19,502 nt of DNA from Nanohaloarchaea archaeon B1-Br10_U2g1 (GCA_001563875.1 LKMN01000013.1:1-19502); one strand, 5' to 3'; shown: positions 6,667 through 15,757, counted from the stretch's first letter. Notes: a model not told the origin generated them from the letters alone. Numbers and translations are program-made.

Positions 6667-7881
6667 GTGGCCGAAGAAGACAGAACTGTAAAGACACTTT
6701 TCATTACTATACTTGCCGAGGTGATTGGCTTTGGAATACTTATACCGGTAGTTCCGCTGCTTTTCGCAGACCCCAGCTCATCATACTTCATGCTTCCTGA
6801 AAGCTACTCTCTAGAAACCGGTTATATCCTTCTAGGGGTTTTGCTCGGTGTTTATCCGCTTGGACAGTTCTTTGCAACTCCTTTGCTTGGAGAGTTAAGT
6901 GACATATACGGTAGAAGAATTGTGATACAGCTTTCAATCGTTGGAACAATCATATCTACACTAATATTTACCTACGGCCTTCTGGCCGCAAGCATATGGC
7001 TTATCTTTCTCTCAAGAGTTGTAAACGGTTTGACAGGAGGGCTTATAGCTGTAGCTCAGGCCAGTATAGCAGATATATCTAGTGAAGGTGAGAAGTCAAA
7101 GAACTTCGGTCTAATAGGCGCCGCCTTCGGAACAGGTTTTATTATAGGTCCTTTCCTCGGAGGCCTGCTATCCTCAGGCATACATCCTCTGCTTACGGTT
7201 ACAACTCCTTTCCTTTTCGCAGCGTTTTTGAGCGGGATAAGTCTTTTCTATGTTACACGACATCTTGAGGAAACCAGTCCGAAGAAGGATAAAACGGTTA
7301 ACTGGAGGAAGCCTTTCTCACAGGTAGTCCAAGGATTAAGACTTCCAGGCCTTCAGAAGCTGTTTGCAGCCAACTTCTTCTACTTCTCCGGCTTCGCGTT
7401 CTTCACATCCTTTATACCCGTTCTACTTATTGAACGTTTCAGCTTCTCACAGTTCGATATAGGAAACTTCTTCCTGTATATAGGAGTTCTGATACTTATC
7501 ACGCAGGTCTATCTTATCAGAAAGATATATCCGCGGTTCAGAGAGGAAAGAGTAACTCCTGTAACGATTATAGCTGCAGGTACGTTCTTACTACTTCTTT
7601 CAGTAGCTCCAAACCTCTGGATCTTCCTACTGGTTATAGGTCTTTTCTCGTTCAACAGCGGTATAAGCAAGATAAGTTTAGAGACACTGATATCAAAGAA
7701 TGCAGATTCTGACAGTCAGGGACTGGCAATGGGCACTAACCAGAGTCTGAGAGCTTTAGCAAATGCCATACCATCCGTGCTTTCAGGTGTTGCTGCAGCC
7801 CTGTTCACTCCTGCAACCCCTATAGTTATAGCAGGTATATTGATACTCCTGACAGGTCTGACCTTTAAAGCTCTAAACTAA
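6667..7881 (+). CDS. MFS transporter, drug:H+ antiporter DHA1/TetA-like
   Basis: About 12 TM segments; motif A GELSDIYGRR; motif C GAAFGTGFIIGPFLGG. Confidence 0.93.
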   Translation: MAEEDRTVKTLFITILAEVIGFGILIPVVPLLFADPSSSYFMLPESYSLETGYILLGVLLGVYPLGQFFATPLLGELSDIYGRRIVIQLSIVGTIISTLIFTYGLLAASIWLIFLSRVVNGLTGGLIAVAQASIADISSEGEKSKNFGLIGAAFGTGFIIGPFLGGLLSSGIHPLLTVTTPFLFAAFLSGISLFYVTRHLEETSPKKDKTVNWRKPFSQVVQGLRLPGLQKLFAANFFYFSGFAFFTSFIPVLLIERFSFSQFDIGNFFLYIGVLILITQVYLIRKIYPRFREERVTPVTIIAAGTFLLLLSVAPNLWIFLLVIGLFSFNSGISKISLETLISKNADSDSQGLAMGTNQSLRALANAIPSVLSGVAAALFTPATPIVIAGILILLTGLTFKALN

Positions 7882-7890
7882 GTACTGTTC

Positions 7891-8064
7891 ATGGAAAAGG
7901 AAGTAGTTTACAACGGCTTTATAGCCGGAGCCTCTGGAGGCGCAGTATACATGGCTATGTCTTATATCCGTAGTTCGGCCGTTGACTGGTCCGGCGGACT
8001 AGGATTTATGTTCGGTTTTGCAGCAGCCTTCATACTTTTCAAATGGTTCCAGGAGAGGCGTTGA
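7891..8064 (+). CDS. Small Gly/Ala-rich two-TM membrane protein, 57 aa (absent from ORF track)
   Basis: Hand translation MEKEVVYNGFIAGASGGAVYMAMSYIRSSAVDWSGGLGFMFGFAAAFILFKWFQERR*; fills the gap between neighbours; TTTAAA at 7864-7869. Confidence 0.78.
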   Translation: MEKEVVYNGFIAGASGGAVYMAMSYIRSSAVDWSGGLGFMFGFAAAFILFKWFQERR

Positions 8065-8104
8065 ACTCTAACTGAAATAAAAGCTGTTGAATCATAACAG
8101 AGTT

Positions 8105-8515
8105 ATGGAGCCCGGAGACCTTGAGGAAGGAGACTTGGTACTTTTCAACGACAGAAAGACTCCTTTAGAAGTAGTAGAAACAGGTGATGAAATTACGGTT
8201 AAAGGTCCTCACGGTGCTTTATACACTATCTATGGGGAGAATAACTCCCTACTGGTCTGTTCCAAAGACCAGAAACGTTACTCCTCTTACTGTGAAGAGC
8301 TGCGTAAGGTGGGCGAATGGATTGAAACTGATAACGGCTGGAGACACTCTAAATCAGACGCCGAGATCCTTATAGAAAGAAAGGATAACGGCTTTTGGAC
8401 GGTAAAAACTGTTGGTATCGATGAAGAGATCGATGTGCCTCTGTACGGTTTCACAGACAAGGAGTTCGCTAGAGAGGAGGCGGAGAAGTTTCTGGATAAA
8501 AATCCTGAGGGCTGA
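8105..8515 (+). CDS. Hypothetical two-domain protein (SH3/KOW-like beta N-terminus; Trp-containing C-terminal domain)
   Basis: Acidic ORF; DLEEGDLVLFNDRKTPLEVV is KOW-like; ATG at 8105 lies downstream of aaataaaag. Confidence 0.8.
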   Translation: MEPGDLEEGDLVLFNDRKTPLEVVETGDEITVKGPHGALYTIYGENNSLLVCSKDQKRYSSYCEELRKVGEWIETDNGWRHSKSDAEILIERKDNGFWTVKTVGIDEEIDVPLYGFTDKEFAREEAEKFLDKNPEG

Positions 8516-8575
8516 GAAACCGTTGTTGATAACCCCTCCAATTATTAACTTTTAAAGTATCTAAGTTGTTCTGTT

Positions 8576-9811
8576 GTGGATAGTTTACTCTGGGATATAG
8601 AGCAGGAGGAGAAAGAAGAGTTAATCCGGTCTCTAAGACTGCGTTACGAGAATATAGACGAGATAAAGTCGGATACCGAGATACCTTACTCAAACCTGAA
8701 ACAACATGAAAACGGAGAGCTAAGATCTATAGGGCTTTCAAACGTTGCAGACCTTATACAGACTGTTAACAGTTCGGAATCGCGTTTTTCAGAGAGCTCT
8801 CCAGAGGATTTCATACTGAAAACCTTCGACTACTCCGAACCAAGAGTCCAGATACCTGAAGACCTCCAAAAAACACTTTTCAGAACTTTCGACGTAGATA
8901 CTGTAGAAGAGCTTACAGAAAGATCTCGTCAGACTGTTAACAGGATCAGAGTAGGCGATTCAAAAAGGATAGCTCTTGAAGATTATCAGAGGATATTTGA
9001 AGAGGTCAATGAAAAGCTGGATGAGAACTTTGAGGCTTCAGGAGTGCTTAAATACTCTGGAAACGGAGATGAGCTCTTTGAAGCTGATGCGGAACAGGTT
9101 GTAGAGATTCAAGGGATACGAGACAGCTTGGAGAAAATCGAAAGAGATGAACCTTACAAGACAGGTAGACTGAAACACAGTATAGACGTATTAGATAAGC
9201 CTCCGGAGCATGACAGAGATCTTATAAGACCTGAAGGAAAGACCGAGGGCTACGTCTACTCGGTTCTAGAGGAGCTAGGTCTGATGGAAAAATGGGGTGG
9301 ACAGGCTTCACCTTACCAGATACTGAAACAGCCTGAGTACTTCGAAATAGTTAGGAAAGAGCTGGAGAAGGATATTGACAAAGAAGAAGAAACAAGATAT
9401 AGCCGTGATGAACTAGTAGCTCTTCTTGATGATTATGTAGACAGACCTAGCAAGAGAGATATAGAAGAGAACAGTGAACTTCCCTCCTCAGGCACTTACG
9501 AAAACGTCTTCGGATCCTGGAACAACGCAATGTGGTGCGCAGGCTTCACGCCTCTAGAACAGATCTACTCCGAAGAAGAGCTTTTCACTCAGCTTTACGA
9601 ACTAAACGACAGCCTCGGAAGAATTCCTACACGGCAAGAGTTTATGAAAAACGGAGCTACAGCCAGCAGAAATGCTGTTGAAAACCATTTTGGAAGTTAT
9701 GAAGAGTTCGCAGAACAGGCTGGACTTTACGATATAGGTATAGGTGCTGAAGAAGCTTTAGGCAAGTATTATACATCTACAGAGTCGGAAACAGCTTACG
9801 CATCAGACTGA
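8576..9811 (+). CDS. Multidomain putative DNA-binding protein: HTH-like segments plus two C-terminal homing-endonuclease-associated repeats (HNH_repeat-like)
   Basis: Repeats YSRDELVALL..RPS..PSSGTYENVFGSWNNAMWCAG (9398-9546) and YSEEELFTQLYEL..LGRIPT..SRNAVENHFGSYEEFAEQAGL (9566-9727); Cro-like HTH patterns near the N-terminus. Confidence 0.75.
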   Translation: MDSLLWDIEQEEKEELIRSLRLRYENIDEIKSDTEIPYSNLKQHENGELRSIGLSNVADLIQTVNSSESRFSESSPEDFILKTFDYSEPRVQIPEDLQKTLFRTFDVDTVEELTERSRQTVNRIRVGDSKRIALEDYQRIFEEVNEKLDENFEASGVLKYSGNGDELFEADAEQVVEIQGIRDSLEKIERDEPYKTGRLKHSIDVLDKPPEHDRDLIRPEGKTEGYVYSVLEELGLMEKWGGQASPYQILKQPEYFEIVRKELEKDIDKEEETRYSRDELVALLDDYVDRPSKRDIEENSELPSSGTYENVFGSWNNAMWCAGFTPLEQIYSEEELFTQLYELNDSLGRIPTRQEFMKNGATASRNAVENHFGSYEEFAEQAGLYDIGIGAEEALGKYYTSTESETAYASD

Positions 9812-9826
9812 AAGGAGGACTACAAA

Positions 9827-10264
9827 ATGGGTTACAGAGATTCACGGGAAGAGTATTTTGAAGACCTTATGGTAGCAGGCGCTCCTATACAGGAGACCGA
9901 GTACGGTCTTTTCAAAGAACATTACAGAGATGTTGCCTCAGCTCTAGACTCTATGAAGTCCTCCAAGCTTTCCTTAGAACAGATTAGAGAAGCGATGGTA
10001 GAGCATGAGGAGACCGCTGCTTTAACAGGCAAAGAACTAGAAAGAGTTATGGACCATTACGACAACCTTGGGATAGTTACCAGCGAGGTAAAAACTTTTG
10101 ACCGCAGAAAGGTCTATAGAATCCCTAGCTACAGCGGAAGAGGGACCACGAAGTCTTGGCCAGATATCGTTGACGAGCTTGAACAAGACATGAAAGAGGC
10201 AGAAGAAACACATTGCTGGAACAACCAGGGCGAGGGCATCTACGATATAACAGAGTACGAGTAG
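9827..10264 (+). CDS. Hypothetical protein, possible winged-helix fold
   Basis: SD GGAGGA upstream; 15 nt after the previous gene; LSLEQIRE..ELERVMDHYDNLGIVTSE..VYRI resembles a wHTH recognition helix plus wing. Confidence 0.75.
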   Translation: MGYRDSREEYFEDLMVAGAPIQETEYGLFKEHYRDVASALDSMKSSKLSLEQIREAMVEHEETAALTGKELERVMDHYDNLGIVTSEVKTFDRRKVYRIPSYSGRGTTKSWPDIVDELEQDMKEAEETHCWNNQGEGIYDITEYE

Positions 10265-10267
10265 AAT

Positions 10268-11316
10268 CTAGAGAAAGATAAGCAGTAGAGGCATTAAGAA
10301 CACTGATACCGTGAAAACGTACAAAAGCCTTTTATCTGATACTATAGAGTCAAACATCGTTTTAATCAGCTTGAAGTACTGTTTATAGAAAACCAGAGCC
10401 GTTAATGTCACCAAAGTGATTGTCGCTGTAAGCATCAGAACCGCTTTCATACCGATAAGCGAGTCCAGTACTATAGCAGCGATTATCGAGCTTATCATGG
10501 TGGTTACGTTGGCTCCTAAGATGTATGGTATGATCTCTTCTCTCCTCAGATATCCTTTATTGTATAAAGGTACAATTATACCTAGCGATAGCGCCACACT
10601 TGTCGTTACCAGTGTTAAGACAGCTCCTGCTATAAATCCTATCCATTTACTGGTTATAAGGAATCTTATGTAGTCATCACGCATCTTGTCTTTCCCTATA
10701 CCTTTGAACGCTTTATCGAACTGTTTCAGACTGAAAAGCAGCAGCATTATCGACAGGAAGAACAGTATTGGCGCAAAAATGTTTTCAGATAGTAGATCCA
10801 CTATAGGCTGGAACACCATTGTCAGAGAGTAGCCTAAGAACGCGGGTCCCGATGTCTCAAGGTATCCGAACTCGAAGCTTCCTAAAAGAAGGTAACCCAG
10901 TATTATTGCCGGTATATAGATTGTGTATGTCAGTAGAAAGGTTAAGATTCCTACAGAGCATGAATCTGCTAAGCTTGAAGACTTACCTTTGGTGTATTCT
11001 ATAGCGCTCCTATCAGTATTACAATAAATGCTGCTCCAAGACGTGAACCGGATATAACCATGAAGACTTGTGTGAACTCTATTAGACCGGACTCGAAAAG
11101 CGCTAAACCTATAGCTGCGGAAGTTGCGCCGTTAAGTACCATGTAAGCCATGAACCATCCTGTCCCCAGTGCCGAAAGTTCAGTAGTAATAAACGCCGTG
11201 AAGAAGTTCTGTAGTAGAGGCGCTATTTCCTGGGTAGATTCTCCTAGTAGCTGCAAAGAAAGTATAAACCCAAAAATTGCAATGAAACCATAGAAGAATC
11301 TTTTTCTCTTATCCAT
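10268..11316 (-). pseudogene. Na+/phosphate cotransporter family membrane protein split by a frameshift near 10999-11008
   Basis: N-half (GSRLGAAFIVILIGAL*) and C-half (TTSVALSLGIIVPL..YILGANVTT) are joined by a stop-free 60-codon stretch in the C-half frame (EYTKGKSSSLADSCSVGILTFLLTYTIYIPAIILGY..). Removing 2 nt restores about 348 aa. Confidence 0.82.
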
Positions 11317-11386
11317 CTAAAGAGAGATTGACTTACAACAGTAATAAATATAAGACCAGAGTCCAATTCAACCATAGGCAGGAAAT

Positions 11387-11911
11387 ATGGTCAAAGACTT
11401 GGAGAAAGAACCTACAGACAGTCAAGAGAAAAGATTTGAAAAAACGGAAGTGCTTGGAGACGCCAAAGTTGAAGAGTACTCTGGTATAGAGGAAAAACTT
11501 TCTCCCAAGGAAAAAGTCAGGCTTTTCGCAGCGCTGAGAACCGATAAGGGTAACAAGAACCTTCTGGCTTTAACACAGAACAGGCTGTTAACGTTTAGCA
11601 ATCCGAAAGTTAAGCTTCTGGGCGAGAAAGAGCGTTTCAAAGACATAGGATTAAACGATATTCAAGAGATGAATGTCGAGGAACGTAAAGGCTTCGACAC
11701 ATTAGCAGTTACGACGTCGAAAGGTAAGAGAAAGTTTATGGTGCCTGAGCATACAGGAGTAAGGATTTCAGGCGAGATAAGAGAGCTACAGTCCGAACAG
11801 AACGTTGATCCTGCTGAACAGCTCGAAAAACTTGGAGGAGAGAAAGAAAAAGGAAACCTTACCTCTGAAGAGTACAAGAAAAAGAAAGACGAACTTATAG
11901 ACCGCATATAA
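11387..11911 (+). CDS. Bacterial-type PH-domain protein with C-terminal SHOCT domain
   Basis: LLALTQNRLLTF..FKDIGLNDIQEMNVEERKGFDTLAV (bPH pattern); PAEQLEKL..KEKGNLTSEEYKKKKDELI (SHOCT). Confidence 0.85.
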   Translation: MVKDLEKEPTDSQEKRFEKTEVLGDAKVEEYSGIEEKLSPKEKVRLFAALRTDKGNKNLLALTQNRLLTFSNPKVKLLGEKERFKDIGLNDIQEMNVEERKGFDTLAVTTSKGKRKFMVPEHTGVRISGEIRELQSEQNVDPAEQLEKLGGEKEKGNLTSEEYKKKKDELIDRI

Positions 11912-11925
11912 GATAACTTGTACTG

Positions 11926-13803
11926 CTAGAAGATCTTTCTACGAGCCGGCTCCGATCCATACATAGATAATACCTCTTCAACAGCTTCTTTACGGCCCGT
12001 AACCGTTAGACGATCATTCTTCCTGAGTTTGAGATCTCTTTCTGGAGTCACAGTCCTGCTGTTTCTGGTTACCAATGTTACTGCACATCCCTCAGGTAGC
12101 TCTCTTTCAAAATCCTCAAGCTCTAGTCCGTTTACTTCCCTAGTGTTGAGCGTTATCTCCTGGATATCTACTTGGTCCTTGAACTCGGTTATCTGGTTCC
12201 AGAGCGCCGGTCTCTCAATCGTGTTGTCTATAGCGTCCGCCACTGCAGAAGGAGAGGACACAAGCTCTACCCCCATATCTCTAAACGCCTGTTCGTTCAC
12301 AGGGTCGTTTACCCGAGATATAATGTTTTCAACGCCGTGCTTGGATTTAGCCATCTGTGCTACCACAAGGTTGGCGTCATCGTCCCTGGTCACCGTTGCC
12401 AGGATCTTAGCTTTATCTATACCTGCTTTCTCAAGAATCTCTATATCTCTTGCATCGCCTTTTACAGCGTTAAATCCCTGATGGCGTGCTTTTTCTACTT
12501 CTTTTGCCCTTTTTTCTATTATTACAGTGTTTTCTCCTTTTCTTTGGAGTTTTTCAGCAAGTTCTAGACCTGCTTCTCCTGCGCCAACTATTACTATGTG
12601 CATAGGTATCACCTCAAGTTTCTCTGCTATATGTCTTGCCAGTCCTCCTTCTATGAAAGATGTTGCAAATATTACAAGGAAAACCGATCCTACTAATGTA
12701 GCTGAAAGCTCTTGGTAGCCCATCTGTTGTAGTTCTAGTGCGAAAAGCGTTGCTACACTTGCAGGTATAATACCTCTTGGTCCTACAAGACTTATATACG
12801 CTTTTTCACGTGTCGAGAAGGTTTCTCCCTTTGTTGACATGTAAACTGTTAAAGGTCTGACGATTAGAGTCACTGCGAGCACGAACAGTATTCCGCCCAA
12901 ACCTAAGGCTACTAAGTCGTCAAATGATAGTAACGCAGTTAGTGTGATGAATACAAAGGATATTACAAGTACCGTAATGGTGTCTTCGAACTCTTTGATC
13001 TCTTCTTTGTAAGGTATCTCCATGTTTCCTAGCATTATCCCTGCTGTTGCAACAGCCGCTATACCGGCCTCGCTTATTATCATCTCTGCCAGACCGTAGG
13101 ACAGAAGTGCTGCTCCTATAGTAACTATCCGTGCGTCTTGAACCTCGTTAGGTGAATCCAAGTCCACCTTCTTTATCAGATACCATGCAGCTAAAGCAAC
13201 TATTATACCGACGAGTACTCCGCTTCCAAGTCTTGTGAAGAAGTGTGAAACCAGCTGGTCAAACGCCTTGGACTCTATTATCACGAACTCGAAAACTACT
13301 ATAGCCATTATTGCGGCTGTAACATCGTTTACGATACCTTCGGTTTCGAGTGCTGCTTGAACATGTTGGCGTACAGGGACAACCTCCATAATTGGTTTTA
13401 TCACTGTCGGACCTGTAGCAACCAGTAAAGCTCCTATAAGGAAGGATATATCCCAGGGAACATTCAGGGTATAGTAGGCAACCACTGCTGTAGCTATACA
13501 TGAGAATACAGCGCCCAGTGTTCCTAGACGGATAGCTTCGGACTGTGCAGCTTTTAACTTGGTTAGTTTTAGATGAAAGGCTCCTTCGAACACTATTATT
13601 GCAACACTCAGGCCGATAATAGTCTGTATTCCGTCCCCGAAAGCCTCTGGATTGATTATGTTAAGCACTTCGGGGCCGAAGATTACTCCTGCTATAATAA
13701 GAAACAGTATGCTCGGTACTTTGTACTTGTCCGCAATAATCTGTGAGATTATACCTAATGCGAAGATTGTAACTACAAGTAAGAGTATTCCTCCATCGTT
13801 CAA
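11926..13803 (-). CDS. CPA1/NhaP-type cation:proton antiporter with C-terminal TrkA-N and TrkA-C (RCK) domains
   Basis: ATGPTV, LETEGIVND and GPRGII motifs; IVIVGAGEAG Rossmann motif; about 12-13 TMs; TTG start with SD-like gaggcga. Confidence 0.94.
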   Translation of the reverse strand: MNDGGILLLVVTIFALGIISQIIADKYKVPSILFLIIAGVIFGPEVLNIINPEAFGDGIQTIIGLSVAIIVFEGAFHLKLTKLKAAQSEAIRLGTLGAVFSCIATAVVAYYTLNVPWDISFLIGALLVATGPTVIKPIMEVVPVRQHVQAALETEGIVNDVTAAIMAIVVFEFVIIESKAFDQLVSHFFTRLGSGVLVGIIVALAAWYLIKKVDLDSPNEVQDARIVTIGAALLSYGLAEMIISEAGIAAVATAGIMLGNMEIPYKEEIKEFEDTITVLVISFVFITLTALLSFDDLVALGLGGILFVLAVTLIVRPLTVYMSTKGETFSTREKAYISLVGPRGIIPASVATLFALELQQMGYQELSATLVGSVFLVIFATSFIEGGLARHIAEKLEVIPMHIVIVGAGEAGLELAEKLQRKGENTVIIEKRAKEVEKARHQGFNAVKGDARDIEILEKAGIDKAKILATVTRDDDANLVVAQMAKSKHGVENIISRVNDPVNEQAFRDMGVELVSSPSAVADAIDNTIERPALWNQITEFKDQVDIQEITLNTREVNGLELEDFERELPEGCAVTLVTRNSRTVTPERDLKLRKNDRLTVTGRKEAVEEVLSMYGSEPARRKIF

Positions 13804-14083
13804 CGCTGATTTCTCGCCTCATAACAACTCTGAACCTTAAAACATAAAAACACATTCTAGAAGACGTTCATATGATGAAAGACATATTTTTTACAGTTTC
13901 AACGTATATTCGTACATTATGTATGTGTTTTGAGGACTGAAAAGTTTTTAAATATATTTTCTATTGTTTAATGTCTCTGAAACTGTTCAAAGATGTTCCC
14001 AAGCCCTATTATGTATAGGTATACGGGAGGTGAGGCAAGAGTACATAACGTTTTCTGGTTAAACTGGTTAAACAGAAGGTAAA

Positions 14084-14806
14084 ATGAAGTCTGTAAAGCT
14101 GGAGTTCGATGTTGAAGATAATTTGAACCGTTTTGATGCTTTCTTAGGCGTTCACTCAAACTATTTTATGGATAAAGATAATGAGATAGAGCGAGAACTG
14201 GAAAATTATGTTGAAGAAGGTCCTGAAAACTATATGAGCGTGATCGGTTATGAAGCCGGCTGTTTTGAAAAACTGCTGGATGCCGAAAAGTTTGATGCTG
14301 TAGGCGCAGAGCTTCCTGACACCGATATAGGTATAAGCGGTTTACCGCCTGCTTATGTATCGGATATCAAGTCGACAGATAACTACCTGGATATGGATCG
14401 GGCTATAGGTTACAGCACGGAACCTTTCTACGTTAGAGATTTTGGTTCTGCGGAGACCGCCTTTGATCTTGCAAGAGAGCAGCTTGAGGACAGATGGTTT
14501 CTGCACAGCTGGTACAGTGAAGACGATACGGTAGAGGTCTGGGAGTACTTCAAGGGTAGCCTGAATGTTTTCTACGGTCGGCCTCCTTCAGAGATAGAGA
14601 AAAAAGGTATAGACAACTCAGCAGTTATTAGATCGCTTTCTTCCGAGATACCTTTTGATAGCCGTGAAGCGCTTGAAGAGGAGCTTGATAACGCTTTAAG
14701 GGCCACGATGCTGGAACGGGACAGAGAGCTTGAGGTAAGCAAAGCCAGAGAGTTCGGTCAGAAACAAGGTATTGCTATGGATCCGGGTACGGGCCCGACT
14801 TTCTAG
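14084..14806 (+). CDS. Hypothetical acidic protein (240 aa)
   Basis: Long ATG ORF with halophilic composition; no recognised motif. Confidence 0.8.
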   Translation: MKSVKLEFDVEDNLNRFDAFLGVHSNYFMDKDNEIERELENYVEEGPENYMSVIGYEAGCFEKLLDAEKFDAVGAELPDTDIGISGLPPAYVSDIKSTDNYLDMDRAIGYSTEPFYVRDFGSAETAFDLAREQLEDRWFLHSWYSEDDTVEVWEYFKGSLNVFYGRPPSEIEKKGIDNSAVIRSLSSEIPFDSREALEEELDNALRATMLERDRELEVSKAREFGQKQGIAMDPGTGPTF

Positions 14807-14825
14807 ATCTCCTAGTTTTTTCCGT

Positions 14826-14857
14826 CTTTCTGAACCACGAAACAGAAAGTGTTTAAA
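14826..14857 (+). promoter_or_regulatory. Inverted repeat CTTTCTG-N10-CAGAAAG adjoining the TATA box (TTTAAA 14852-14857) of the glutaredoxin operon
   Basis: Perfect 7-bp arms at 14826-14832 and 14843-14849. Confidence 0.45.
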
Positions 14858-14884
14858 AGTTCAACATTTATACACTAACTTATT

Positions 14885-15127
14885 ATGACAACCATAACAG
14901 TATATTCGACGCCTTCATGCCCTTACTGTGTAAAAATCAAGGACTGGCTGGACTCCGAAGATCTGGAGTACACGGAGCACAACGTTGCGGAAGACCAGGA
15001 GAAAGCTATGGAGATGGTTAAGAAGACAGGTCAGAGAGGAGTACCTCAGACAGTCGTTGAGAAAGACGGCGAGGAAAACATTGTGGTAGGTTTTCAGCCT
15101 CAGAAGATACAGGAGCTGGTAGAGTGA
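14885..15127 (+). CDS. Glutaredoxin-like protein (NrdH/YruB type)
   Basis: ITVYSTPSCPYC active site and GQRGVPQ cis-Pro motif. Confidence 0.95.
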   Translation: MTTITVYSTPSCPYCVKIKDWLDSEDLEYTEHNVAEDQEKAMEMVKKTGQRGVPQTVVEKDGEENIVVGFQPQKIQELVE

Positions 15128-15306
15128 GTTCAGAGCTTTTCGTTAGACGTCTGGCCGGCACCGTTGTAACACTAGGTTTCCTGGGAGGCTGGTTCGTGAA
15201 TGAATGGATCTACTTAGTCACTCTTTTCGCCGGTTTAAACCTTTTACAGAGCTCCTTCACAGGTTTCTGTCCTCCGGAGAAACTTTACAACCGGTTTCAG
15301 GGATAG
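15124..15306 (+). CDS. DUF2892 (YgaP-like) membrane protein
   Basis: VRRLAG..two TMs..GLNLLQSSFTGFCP signature; GTGA overlap with the glutaredoxin stop codon. Confidence 0.88.
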   Translation: MSSELFVRRLAGTVVTLGFLGGWFVNEWIYLVTLFAGLNLLQSSFTGFCPPEKLYNRFQG

Positions 15307-15339
15307 GAGTTAAAGGCTTTCAGTTCTCTTTTCTTTTCT

Positions 15340-15669
15340 ATGGAATGTCCTCCCGAGATGCAGCAGCTTATGAAGGTCCTGTACAATCTTTCAGGTTCGG
15401 AGACAGAGATACTCTACTTTCTATGCGGGAATGATGCCCGGGTATCCGAGATCGCTGAAGAGCTTGAGAAGGACCGTTCAACCGTTCAAAGATATCTTTC
15501 GAAGCTCCAGTCTTCAGGACTTGTAAGACGTGAGGCCCGTGTTGAGGAAGGTAAGAAAGGCCGTTACTTTGTCTACAGTGTTCCTGACAAGGAGAGGATG
15601 AAGGAGAAGATCGCGGAAAGGATGGAAGAGTGGAAAGAGGAGAAGTTTGAGGTCCTTGAGGATATCTAG
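15340..15669 (+). CDS. Winged-helix transcriptional regulator (TrmB/ArsR-like, archaeal COG3355 type)
   Basis: VSEIAEELEKDRSTVQRYLSKLQSSGLVRRE..GRYFVY; Cys3 and Cys29. Confidence 0.9.
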   Translation: MECPPEMQQLMKVLYNLSGSETEILYFLCGNDARVSEIAEELEKDRSTVQRYLSKLQSSGLVRREARVEEGKKGRYFVYSVPDKERMKEKIAERMEEWKEEKFEVLEDI

Positions 15670-15696
15670 ATATTGAGCCTCTTTACTTTACTGTAA

Positions 15697-15735
15697 TGTT
15701 TCCGGGATAGATCAGCGGAAACAATATGTATAAAA
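15697..15735 (+). promoter_or_regulatory. Inverted repeat TGTTTCCG-N11-CGGAAACA just upstream of the TATA box (TATAAAA 15729-15735) of the RND gene
   Basis: Perfect 8-bp arms at 15697-15704 and 15716-15723. Confidence 0.5.
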
Positions 15736-15757
15736 GTGCAACATTCATACACAAATT

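Noticed and set aside
8576-9811. Active homing endonuclease or mobile element
   Set aside because: Only the associated repeats are present; no HNH catalytic motif, transposase, integrase or terminal repeats are visible.
10999-11010. Programmed ribosomal frameshift in the symporter gene
   Set aside because: No slippery heptamer or homopolymer run at the junction; a 2-nt insertion explains it more simply.
12029-13855. Several overlapping alternative-frame and antisense ORFs in the antiporter gene
   Set aside because: They lie within or overlap the start of a well-supported 625-aa CDS and show no halophilic composition or motifs.
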